Positions 29,301 through 37,829 of a stretch of DNA of 64,000 nucleotides are shown here, piece after piece. The notes beneath the pieces were generated by a model that was given only the letters and a program-made list of their open reading frames with translations, was not told where the DNA came from and searched no databases. How positions within the stretch are numbered: the first letter of the stretch is position 1; each line of letters opens with the position of its first letter. The stretch spans positions 2,144,001 to 2,208,000 of the forward strand of contig OY759729.1 of assembly GCA_963662585.1 (NCBI GenBank), read 5' to 3'. The stretch comes from Candidatus Cloacimonadales bacterium. Lineage in GTDB: Bacteria > Cloacimonadota > Cloacimonadia > Cloacimonadales > JAFGVF01. The position numbers were made by a program, and so were the translations under genes.

Positions 29301-32300
29301 TAAATGGAAGTGAAGGAAATAACACTTTAGATACTGAAGATTTAAATGGAAATGGTAACTTGGATATCCTTAATAGATATTTGGAGTACTCAATCCCTAT
29401 TTCTGCTACTAATAATGAGTTTCTTCAATCTGAATACAGAGGTTGGAAACTCTACAGAATTCCTATTAATAACATCAATAATTACAACATTATCACCAAT
29501 AATCCTGCAATTAATCCATCATTAAGCAAGATAAGTTATGCTCGACTCTGGTTCGAAGTAGATAAAACAGTAAGAATCAAAATAGCAGAGCTAAATATTG
29601 TAGGAAACAAATGGGAAGAGAGACCTATTTTACAAGTCAATGAGATAGATTCTGTATTTGTAGAATCATCAGTTTCTTTAGATATAATCGAATCAAATAA
29701 TACAAGCATTTTAGCCGGAATTACAGACAACCAAAAGGATAATCACTATACTCCACCTAGGGGAACTTTTGATAAAAGCAACGGAATAGAATCTTTTGAA
29801 CAGTCCCTTACTTTTACAGTAAACAACTTAAAAGAGAAGCAAATTGGTATGGTTAGAAAGAAATCCGTACAAAGTACCAATTATCTTTTATATAATAAAC
29901 TGAGATTCTGGGTTTATCCAGAGCTAAATGAAGGATCTTTCGCTACAACAGATTCATTGAATGTTATAATTAGGGTAGGTTCTGATTCTACTAGATACTA
30001 TGAAGTTAAGGAGACGATTGCTCCAATACTCTACGAAACTAAAATGAATAGGAATAACTGGGTAGAAATAGAGATAGATTTTAATGATTTAACTGAGTTA
30101 AAAAACCTGGGTTTACTTAATAACTCTAATGCTGATGAATATTATGTTGAGGGAAATAGGGCTTATCGTAAAAAGGGAGATGTTACTCTCTCCAATATCA
30201 AAGAGATTAATCTCGGAATTGAGCCTGTTCCTGGAGCTAATTATACTGGCAAAGTTTATTTTAATGATATCAGGGTGGCTGACCCATTTGAGGACACTGG
30301 CTATAAAGCAAGAGTATCTATGAATTCATCTTTTGCAGACTTTTACACAAGCTCGGTTGATATTGTCAAATCATCAAATAACTTTATTAACCAACCCTCT
30401 AGAAATGCCTCTAGTTTTACTGCTAGTCAGCAATCAACCTCTCTAAATTTCAAGAATAACTTAAAACTAAATAAATTCTTTAGCGATGATTGGAAAATTA
30501 ATATGCCACTTACTTTCAATTATACCAATACTGAAAGTATTCCTCGCTATAAGCAGAACTCTGATATCTTGAGGGAAAATTTAGATGAAGTTGAGAAGGA
30601 TAGAGAAAAAAGTACCACTGCTAAATATGATGCTAGCTGGAATTTTAGTAAAACAAAAACTAATAATCCTTGGGCTGATTATACTCTAGGTTCTTTAGCC
30701 TTATCTGCAACAGGTTCCTTGACTGATCAGATTACACCTACAACTGCAGATACAACTTATACTTGGAAGGGTACAGTCTCTTATAATCTTAATTTAGGTA
30801 ATTTACCTAGAGGATTCAGAGTTTGGAAAGATGTAAAACTTAATCTTTTCCCTAGTTCTTTTGATAATACTTTCACTCTTGATGCTAAAAATCCTCAGAA
30901 ATATGTTCTTACTAGAACAGATACTTTAGTCTATTGGAAAGATGATACATCTTCTTCAAACCTAAATACAAAATTAGCATCTACCGCCAATACTGTTACT
31001 TTTCCAATCCTTACTGGAAAAAATAAGACCTATTTGAATACAACTTACAAGCTCACCACAACTCGTGATCTTATGTATGATAATCGAGTAAATGATATTA
31101 ATATTGGTGAGGAAACAAAATATAATCAGATAATGACTTATAGCTTCACTCCTGACTTATTTACCAATATTTGGAACTTCTCTTCTAATGGTGAAGTTAG
31201 GTTTAATGAAAAAAGAACTCAAAAATCTAATATAGCTTCTGTAATAGAAGAGGAAGGAATTCAATTTAAACATGATGGTGATGTTAATAGAAGTCTCAAC
31301 TTTAACATGACTTTACGAAATTCAGACTTACTTTCTAGTCTCTCTACAAGCATGGAAACTAAAAGAACAGCTAAAGAAGCAGCTAAAGTAGAGAAAAACC
31401 TCCCATCCGAAGATGATAAAGGAGTATCTTTACCTGAGGATAAAGACCCTGAAGCAAAGGTTGAGCCTGAGTCTAATCTTGATGAGAAAGAGAAAGAGCG
31501 TGAGAGAGAAGCAGATGATGCTCGAGAAAGAGAAAAAGAAAAAGAAAGATTAAAACAAGAAGAAGAAAGAAAAGCTATTGAAGCAGAAAAAAAGCGAGCT
31601 TCCCAAGAAAGTGAAGATAAAGCAGATAAAGATCTTTCAGTTAAAGATCGTAAAAGATTAAGAGATCTGCAAAATGAAGAACAAAAAATCATGGGCACTA
31701 TGAATGATAAATTGAGTCCTGAAGAAAAAGATAACTTTGTTCAAGAATTAGATAGAATAAGGAATGAAATAGCTCAACTATCTAATGAAATTTACACACC
31801 TGACGATAGTTTTAAAGATGGCAAAGATCAAGGTGACAAAAGTGGGGGAAGTAAGGAAGATTCTCCGCAGTTCAGATTTGGACTTACAGATATAGTAACA
31901 TTCTTAAGTAAGGTTGATAATTTAGATATATCATACTCTAATGATTATTCTATGAACTATACAAACTTAGAAGAAAGACCTGATTATAACTTCCAGTTGT
32001 CTATTCCTTACTCTTTAGATACTGAATTTATTAATGTTAAAGAAAATAATAATCAAATTGATCTTTCTTCAGGATTGACTTTAAACAGAATCGATACTCA
32101 ATTCAGTTATTCTTTAGCAGATAGAAAAAGATGGTCTAATACCACAACCCAAACTGTCACGACTATCTTCCCAGATATTTCTATAAATATTAATGATATT
32201 CAAAGATATATTAGATTGCAAGACTATTTAACAAGTAGCTCCATCGGGACTAATTTCTCTTATCAAGTTAAAGAAGAGGGCGAAATTGGCTATACAGAAC

Positions 32301-32785
32301 CAAATTCTCAGACATTAACAACTAGTTTATCACCTCTTATAAGCTGGAGAGGTAATTGGATAAATAATGTTCAAACAAGTCTCTCTTATAATTGGACTCA
32401 AGCTGAAACTACTACAAATAAAGTATCTTTTGATTATATTACAAATACTAATAATCAAGGCCTAAATGGTAATATAAATTGGGCCTTTAGAGCAGTTGAT
32501 GGATTTAAACTACCTTTCATCTCAAAATCTTTTGTTATTAAAAATGATATGACTTTAAAAACTGATTTTTCTTGGGATAAAAGCTACTCTACTGAGAAAG
32601 GTAATGGCAGGGAAGTTGTTACTAAAAATCTAGTTAATTACTCTATTGTTCCTGGTGCTGCCTATAATTTCCATAGAAATATTAAAGGTGGAACAGACTT
32701 TTCTTATAAGTTAACTCAAGATAAAAAGAGTAATAGAGATATTCAAATTACCTCATTTGCTATTTGGATAGAGATAACTTTCTAA
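26339..32785 (+). CDS. sprA: SprA-like outer-membrane translocon (type IX secretion)
   Basis: GTIGEKI, DEIIQSIEAGDI, GLFGI, DYLVDYDFGRITF, AYIDDMEG, WGGIM, LDLGDVSED, DTEDLNGNG; C-terminal beta-strand ending in F. Confidence 0.85.
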   Translation: MLLMVKTNRTIILFILLVCSLNLVASEYKLGDFKSFYGNKIDYYNLGAKQFQENIYFSSRFPTTEEEIDFVNQRVGIITKYNSVQAYPKIYISLDKYFDNLFAYSFDKILYQKTMAFFQEEEREESGGLIPDLVFDLPKFARSKTVKRIFGDKAGRLSFFGSERLTISATSTKNDNIALSEGSNASTLTPKMEQKLNMQLKGTIGEKIHVDLKYNSDQEETFFDPNNINISYKGFDDEIIQSIEAGDISLDLSGSSQYVGSISSSQGLFGIRSDLKVGALELTAIISQEEGKKNKMTFESKAQADSSVVNSRDYSKRDRYYLINPYALFALYQEGDTIPGTTTPVPQGWLNNAIKLDSNGSMLIVDEQKLPANGSLLVYLDDMNATNNTATIPGFEDVQSSSPFTPQFDILEEGVDYFYDYDSGILTLNKTINRNYTLGVKYTQRDGVAIPRNDQSNDEQVQVKYIRVSNQEFDPTINPNQANFENIDEDGDNLPDNRFYTWHYQLRNIYSLNSRNINNEEFSLRVFTNDTADNTYDYYVPENIDNAGFATLNEYLRLDTNGDGKVDGSDSSVNLTNGLILYPWLEPFKPLGDTLLYQKENENISSTDYRYKMIVKGKIGTDEITLGQSNILRNSVTVRVNGTLQNENIDYLVDYDFGRITFLTAAGKDPNAKIEIDYEFKSGFGLDKRQLFGIRADYKGFDNFNIGATVIYRSETVQDKRPKIGEENMELFLADIDGSFEVKPRFMTDMVDWLPLIETDTDSNFKVSGEVAFSAPNIYGNPDGKKKEAYIDDMEGILDQYPLGITRKTWSFASQPVNTLLAKAHTYWFNPENVKRRDVYDPATMDDEEEKEDISVLALKIVKPELNQPETTNRSWGGIMKYIGNQIDFSEKKYIEILVKVDTTYGNGEANINLKLDLGDVSEDFYTLNGGDNFLNTEDGISDGIIDGILDVRTEDVGFDGVKNGLPGDDPYDNFDDNKNSDGDYLFINGSEGNNTLDTEDLNGNGNLDILNRYLEYSIPISATNNEFLQSEYRGWKLYRIPINNINNYNIITNNPAINPSLSKISYARLWFEVDKTVRIKIAELNIVGNKWEERPILQVNEIDSVFVESSVSLDIIESNNTSILAGITDNQKDNHYTPPRGTFDKSNGIESFEQSLTFTVNNLKEKQIGMVRKKSVQSTNYLLYNKLRFWVYPELNEGSFATTDSLNVIIRVGSDSTRYYEVKETIAPILYETKMNRNNWVEIEIDFNDLTELKNLGLLNNSNADEYYVEGNRAYRKKGDVTLSNIKEINLGIEPVPGANYTGKVYFNDIRVADPFEDTGYKARVSMNSSFADFYTSSVDIVKSSNNFINQPSRNASSFTASQQSTSLNFKNNLKLNKFFSDDWKINMPLTFNYTNTESIPRYKQNSDILRENLDEVEKDREKSTTAKYDASWNFSKTKTNNPWADYTLGSLALSATGSLTDQITPTTADTTYTWKGTVSYNLNLGNLPRGFRVWKDVKLNLFPSSFDNTFTLDAKNPQKYVLTRTDTLVYWKDDTSSSNLNTKLASTANTVTFPILTGKNKTYLNTTYKLTTTRDLMYDNRVNDINIGEETKYNQIMTYSFTPDLFTNIWNFSSNGEVRFNEKRTQKSNIASVIEEEGIQFKHDGDVNRSLNFNMTLRNSDLLSSLSTSMETKRTAKEAAKVEKNLPSEDDKGVSLPEDKDPEAKVEPESNLDEKEKEREREADDAREREKEKERLKQEEERKAIEAEKKRASQESEDKADKDLSVKDRKRLRDLQNEEQKIMGTMNDKLSPEEKDNFVQELDRIRNEIAQLSNEIYTPDDSFKDGKDQGDKSGGSKEDSPQFRFGLTDIVTFLSKVDNLDISYSNDYSMNYTNLEERPDYNFQLSIPYSLDTEFINVKENNNQIDLSSGLTLNRIDTQFSYSLADRKRWSNTTTQTVTTIFPDISININDIQRYIRLQDYLTSSSIGTNFSYQVKEEGEIGYTEPNSQTLTTSLSPLISWRGNWINNVQTSLSYNWTQAETTTNKVSFDYITNTNNQGLNGNINWAFRAVDGFKLPFISKSFVIKNDMTLKTDFSWDKSYSTEKGNGREVVTKNLVNYSIVPGAAYNFHRNIKGGTDFSYKLTQDKKSNRDIQITSFAIWIEITF

Positions 32786-32842
32786 TTAATGAAGAAGATA
32801 ATCACTTACATATCCTTTGTCAGCTGACACAGCAAAACACCC

Positions 32843-32880
32843 TTCTTGTAGAGACTTTGCATGTAAGGTCTCTACAAGAA
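32843..32880. repeat. REP-like palindrome GTAGAGAC...GTCTCTAC
   Basis: TTCTTGTAGAGAC-TTTGCATGTAAG-GTCTCTACAAGAA, a perfect 13-bp stem after sprA. Confidence 0.7.
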
Positions 32881-33406
32881 ACAGTCAATTAGACGGGGAT
32901 TGCGAAACTATGTGAAAGTCCTAATCTTCGTGTCTAAGTCTCTTCACAATCATCTGCATCCCATTTCCTTCGACCTTACCACTTGTAAAGCTATAGATTA
33001 CAGTTCATTATAAGCAAGAGAATATATCTTTAGCTTTACTTTGATGATGGAATTGATAATTATTAATGAACAAGGAGTTTTTGAATGTATTTAAGAGATT
33101 AGAGAAATCACAAAATAATGCTAAGTAGGAATAATTATTAAATTTATAATTCTTGGAAAAAAGATTTCTTCTCATATCATAAGTTAATAAAAAATTATTC
33201 AATTAAGATATCTTTAAATAAAGAATTAAATCATTTTTTCAATCAAATTTCAGGTCAGTAATAAGCAAAACTGTTTTTGATAAATTTACATTGTAATTCA
33301 GATATTTAAGCTCGTTGTCAATTGAAATGGTAAAGTACTCTGAGCATATTACAACACTTGTTGATGCAAATAGAATTAGAAAAAAAAATACTTTGAGTCT
33401 CATATT

Positions 33407-35653
33407 CTAAATCTCTTCATGATTGATTATGTCTATTAAAGCTTTTATTAGAGAGTCATATTCTACCTTGTAGGGAAGAGAATCATTTCTATTATTGATT
33501 ATATCAAATCTTCCAAACCAAAGAATTCTTTTATCAATAATTACGAAATTACTCTTATTATGATAATCTATCGTTTTTAAAGTAAAACCTTTATCAATAA
33601 TCATAGGTTGAAGCTGATTAAATTCTTTTTTATTCTTAAAATTATTCAATACGAAAGTTACTTTAAGACTTTCTAAATCATAGTTGGAAGTGTTGCGAAG
33701 AAAATTTTTCATTCCAAGTAAATTTGCTCTAGATGAAACAATAATAAGTTCATTTTTTGCATTTTTAATATCTTGGAGAATATCTGTATAATTATAAATC
33801 TTTCCTTTAGTTCTATTGTTATAACTTATAAAAACTGATGAAAAATTATCAACTGTTACAGTATCATTTTCTGAGCTAAGAATTCTTGTAATTGCATTAA
33901 ATAATGTTTCATAAGGATGATAGTTTTTGAAATAAAAATTATCACCAATAATATATAATTTATGATTAGTTCTAGTAAAAATATGATCAATTATCATTTT
34001 GCTTGATTTATTGTCTTCATCATTAATTAATGAATAATCAGTCATTGAACCTTCAGCATCAACTGTATCAAAAATAACTATTGAATATCTTTTAGTATCA
34101 AAGGTTGGCACTGAATGGATAGAAACTCTTTTTGAGGACAATAAATTTTCTTCTTTGAGTATTTTGCTTATGAAAAGTGCTTGATCTGAGTATGTTGTAA
34201 AGATTCCTATTGAAAAATCAGAATCATTATTAGCTAATAAGCTCTTAACTATATTTGAACAAACTATGGCATTATGAAAATTTACTCTTCTTGAAGGTGA
34301 AATATTGAAAAGAACTGGCCTATTTACGCAATTGTTTATAAATACAAGGGGCATATTATCTGATACATTATCAACAAATAACTGTCTATTTTTTCCCTCA
34401 GAGTGTATTATTAAACTCCCATGTAGATCTTTATTAATATAACTAAAAATATCATGATTTATGCGGTATTGCACTCTTAACATAACTGCATTACAATTAT
34501 GACAATTTTCTCTCGTATCAAGTCTATCAAAAATATTAGATTGATAATAAGAGTTATTTTTAGAAAAACTTATTAGAGGTATTTGAGGATAAGTTCCAAC
34601 GATCACTAGTTTTTCAGTAGCTTTTGTAGCTATCCAGAATAAGATTGGAAAAGGTATAAGCTCTGCTTCATCAAAGATGACAATATCAAATTTCTGAGAA
34701 TCAAAAAACTTCCTAGTTAATAGCTGATTTATTGTTATTCCAATAAGTGCTGAATTGGATAAGATTGAATTATTTTCTTCTCTAATACAATTATCCAATT
34801 CCTTTAATTCCTGTATTAGTGACTCATCTCTAGGGGCTTTTTCCTTATTACTAAAGATTTTATAAATATCATTTATCCTTGCTAATTCTGGTGATAACAA
34901 CATTTTTATTTTGTGATTTAAGGTTAGACTATGCAATAGATTATTATATGTGTTTTTACAACACTGTAATGCACTATCTAATAAGGTCATTGACTGTATA
35001 TACTCTTTATCTTGTATTTGTTTTGAGAGAAAAGTGAATGCTTCCTGAAGTGCGTTATTATTACTTGTAACTAGTAATACTCTTTTACCAATATGCAAGA
35101 AATTTTCGATTATCTTGGATATTGTAAAAGATTTTCCAGTTCTAGCAGCTCCCCAAAAATATGAGTGGGACATTTTCATAGCATTGTTAATAGCTAAAAT
35201 TTGTGATTGATTTGCTTGGCCATATCTAACTAGTTGAGGTAGTTGATTTTTTGTGAAATTATAATTTATCAGATTAAAGCTAATTTCGAAATAATTCTTT
35301 GAGTCTGAATGTTCAACTAATCGCCTTAATAGTTTTTCTAGAACTATCCATGGTTTTAAAAAAAGTGTTGCTTCCTCTATATGCTCCCTAAAATCCTTTG
35401 AAAGTAGGATACTAAGATAGTTGTGGCATCCTGAGGTAATAATACAATCGTACTGCTCCCCATTAATAGTAATAGTTGCGGGACTATTGTCAGCTAATTC
35501 TATTAAATCATTATGTTGAAAAATATATAAGTTACTATTTTGATCTGGTTCCTTTGTACCTGAAAAAAGATAATATGATTTTGACCCGAAATTTCTTTTT
35601 TGTGCTTCTATTTCTAGTCTAACTGATTCAATTAAAGGCTTAATATTGTTCAT
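33407..35653 (-). CDS. Upf1/DNA2-like SF1 helicase with degenerate C-terminal PLD-like domain
   Basis: GAARTGKS, IFDEAE, LRVQYR, IGIFTTY..Q and FTRT motifs; C-terminal DIKNAKNELIIVS...FVIIDKRILWFG. Confidence 0.78.
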   Translation of the reverse strand: MNNIKPLIESVRLEIEAQKRNFGSKSYYLFSGTKEPDQNSNLYIFQHNDLIELADNSPATITINGEQYDCIITSGCHNYLSILLSKDFREHIEEATLFLKPWIVLEKLLRRLVEHSDSKNYFEISFNLINYNFTKNQLPQLVRYGQANQSQILAINNAMKMSHSYFWGAARTGKSFTISKIIENFLHIGKRVLLVTSNNNALQEAFTFLSKQIQDKEYIQSMTLLDSALQCCKNTYNNLLHSLTLNHKIKMLLSPELARINDIYKIFSNKEKAPRDESLIQELKELDNCIREENNSILSNSALIGITINQLLTRKFFDSQKFDIVIFDEAELIPFPILFWIATKATEKLVIVGTYPQIPLISFSKNNSYYQSNIFDRLDTRENCHNCNAVMLRVQYRINHDIFSYINKDLHGSLIIHSEGKNRQLFVDNVSDNMPLVFINNCVNRPVLFNISPSRRVNFHNAIVCSNIVKSLLANNDSDFSIGIFTTYSDQALFISKILKEENLLSSKRVSIHSVPTFDTKRYSIVIFDTVDAEGSMTDYSLINDEDNKSSKMIIDHIFTRTNHKLYIIGDNFYFKNYHPYETLFNAITRILSSENDTVTVDNFSSVFISYNNRTKGKIYNYTDILQDIKNAKNELIIVSSRANLLGMKNFLRNTSNYDLESLKVTFVLNNFKNKKEFNQLQPMIIDKGFTLKTIDYHNKSNFVIIDKRILWFGRFDIINNRNDSLPYKVEYDSLIKALIDIINHEEI

Positions 35654-35985
35654 AAAGCTCCTTAAATTCGATGTTATCTGATTATAATGTAGGAATTTTT
35701 CTCAATTCTCTTCAAGATAATACTATATTTTGAACAGATTCTTAACATAGATTAACATAAGGGCAAAACTTCTTTGAAGAATATTTAGAAGAAGGTCTTG
35801 CAAAAAAGAGATTCAATCCTGGAGTAATAAAACTAATGACGAAGATTTTTCCTATCTCTAAATTAAACTATAATCTAGTACTATTTAACCCCCAAATGAA
35901 GAAATTGTTTGTAAAAATGTCATATATGACATAAAACAAACTTATCCTTTAAGGATAGCATAATATTATGTAATAGATGTAAATA

Positions 35986-36903
35986 TTATTCTAAAAAAAC
36001 CTTGAGCTCATCATAAGTCCTTCCTGCTTCAATAACTTCATAATTTTTATTATTATTTAAATAAGTCCATAATTCAGTTTCAATATCATTCATTCTTTTG
36101 CTTAATTCATTTAATTGGTCTTTTTTTAATTGAGTAAACAAACTCATACTTTCAATAATATCTTTGTTCTTTTGAAAAGCAGAGAATACTTCAGTAGAGT
36201 TCAAAATTCTTTCTCCAATAGACAAAAGATAGAAATCTTTGTTATTTTCATCTGTGACATTAATTATATCAGTTTCATTTATTTCTATAACATTTGAGTA
36301 AGTATCTTCACTAGTTTGAATCTTAACAAAAGGAATAGCTTTTACTATATTCTTTAATTCTGGTCTGTACTTTGAAAAACATACTGGTGCGAAGATATTT
36401 AGATTATCTCCAATTGAGACTTTATCTACATTATACGAGAAAATTAAAGAATTCTTTATTTTTAAACTATCGGAATAAACTGTTCCTAGAACAATACAAT
36501 TGTCTAACACAGCTTCTTTTGATACCACATTTCCATAAACTATGGAATTATTTAAGGTAATTCTTTTACCGTAAATATCAGACATAAATTTAGTTTTAAC
36601 TTCATATTGTGAAGTAATAATATTATTTCTAGCTACTACTGTTGAATTGAATACTATCTCAGTGGTATCAATCTTTGTATTGGCATCAATAACAATATCA
36701 GAATCACTAAACATTGTCTTCTCTACTCTTATTGAACTGCCAATGACATCAATACTTTTACCATAAACTGAACCTAAAATATTAGCTCCAGATTTTAGAT
36801 AAACTTTTCTTTGCATCTCTTTGTAAAATCCAGGTATGACATCACCATGATGCTCAGTACCTACAACATATCTATTACTATCTTGGATACTATCGTTTTG
36901 CAT
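35986..36903 (-). CDS. Hypothetical protein with polymer-forming/bactofilin-like beta-helical repeats
   Basis: Repeating GSVYGKSI, SDIYGKRITL, GNVVSKEAVL, GTVYSDSLKI strands. Confidence 0.6.
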   Translation of the reverse strand: MQNDSIQDSNRYVVGTEHHGDVIPGFYKEMQRKVYLKSGANILGSVYGKSIDVIGSSIRVEKTMFSDSDIVIDANTKIDTTEIVFNSTVVARNNIITSQYEVKTKFMSDIYGKRITLNNSIVYGNVVSKEAVLDNCIVLGTVYSDSLKIKNSLIFSYNVDKVSIGDNLNIFAPVCFSKYRPELKNIVKAIPFVKIQTSEDTYSNVIEINETDIINVTDENNKDFYLLSIGERILNSTEVFSAFQKNKDIIESMSLFTQLKKDQLNELSKRMNDIETELWTYLNNNKNYEVIEAGRTYDELKVFLE

Positions 36904-36911
36904 ATTTCATC

Positions 36912-37817
36912 CTAGTTATCTATCTTGAAGTACTTATCAAGTAAAGATATTTTTGAAGTATAATTCTTATACTTGTCTTCTATATCTTTGATTTTACTAT
37001 CTTTATCATTATTACTTGCAATTTTCATTTTTGCTAAATCATATACCTTTTCTAAATCAATATTCTTATCTTTGTTACTTACATCGAGAAGTATCTTAGT
37101 TGTTATACTGTTATTCTTTTTGTTCTTAATTTTAACATAATAGAATCCTATTTCATAATCTCCTTCTACTAGTTTTGTCTGTCCAACTCTAGGAAATTGA
37201 GAATGAAATTCTCTTCTTCTCTCTATGAATGAATCTATGTTATCTTGTGCAGTATCTAAATTTTCTTTTAGCACTAATCCTCTGTTAGTAGAAGATTCTA
37301 CTAAATGCTGGGACATTTTTACAAAGTTCAGTTTGGGTTTATCTTTTTTAAGATCTAGTACGCATGAATCAAAGGTCTCTCCTATAAGTGAATAAGCTTC
37401 CTTATCAAGTTCTTTTAAATACTTCTCATGTTCATAAGAGTAATTATCCATTAGATTTTCAATTCTATTATCAATTTCATAAACAGATTCTTCAATAAGC
37501 CTATTACTCTCATCAATACTTTTATCCATCAACTTTATCTTTTTTTCTAAACTCTTTAAATTTGAGTATTTTTTTATAACTTCCATCTCTATAATATTCA
37601 TGGATAATGAAGAGAATTGTTCGACAATTTTGATTTTCATATCTTTAAATAATTCAGGAATTTTGTTGAGTACTTGCAATGGTCTCACAATTTCTATCAT
37701 ATCATGATGTAACCAATTACTAATACGCTGTGACACCTTGTTTATAGAATCTATTTCTGGACTATGTACTTCCATCTTCTTAGGGAAATTAACATTTACT
37801 TTTCTTTCATCTTCCAT
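36912..37817 (-). CDS. Hypothetical coiled-coil protein
   Basis: 301-aa ORF, K/E-rich heptad-like central region; 8-12 bp spacing to neighbours. Confidence 0.75.
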   Translation of the reverse strand: MEDERKVNVNFPKKMEVHSPEIDSINKVSQRISNWLHHDMIEIVRPLQVLNKIPELFKDMKIKIVEQFSSLSMNIIEMEVIKKYSNLKSLEKKIKLMDKSIDESNRLIEESVYEIDNRIENLMDNYSYEHEKYLKELDKEAYSLIGETFDSCVLDLKKDKPKLNFVKMSQHLVESSTNRGLVLKENLDTAQDNIDSFIERRREFHSQFPRVGQTKLVEGDYEIGFYYVKIKNKKNNSITTKILLDVSNKDKNIDLEKVYDLAKMKIASNNDKDSKIKDIEDKYKNYTSKISLLDKYFKIDN

Positions 37818-37829
37818 AATATTATCCTT

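Noticed and set aside
31261..31698. Antisense Ser/Leu-rich ORF and other short antisense ORFs inside long genes
   Set aside because: Shadow frames of well-supported genes; this one mirrors the charged insertion of SprA
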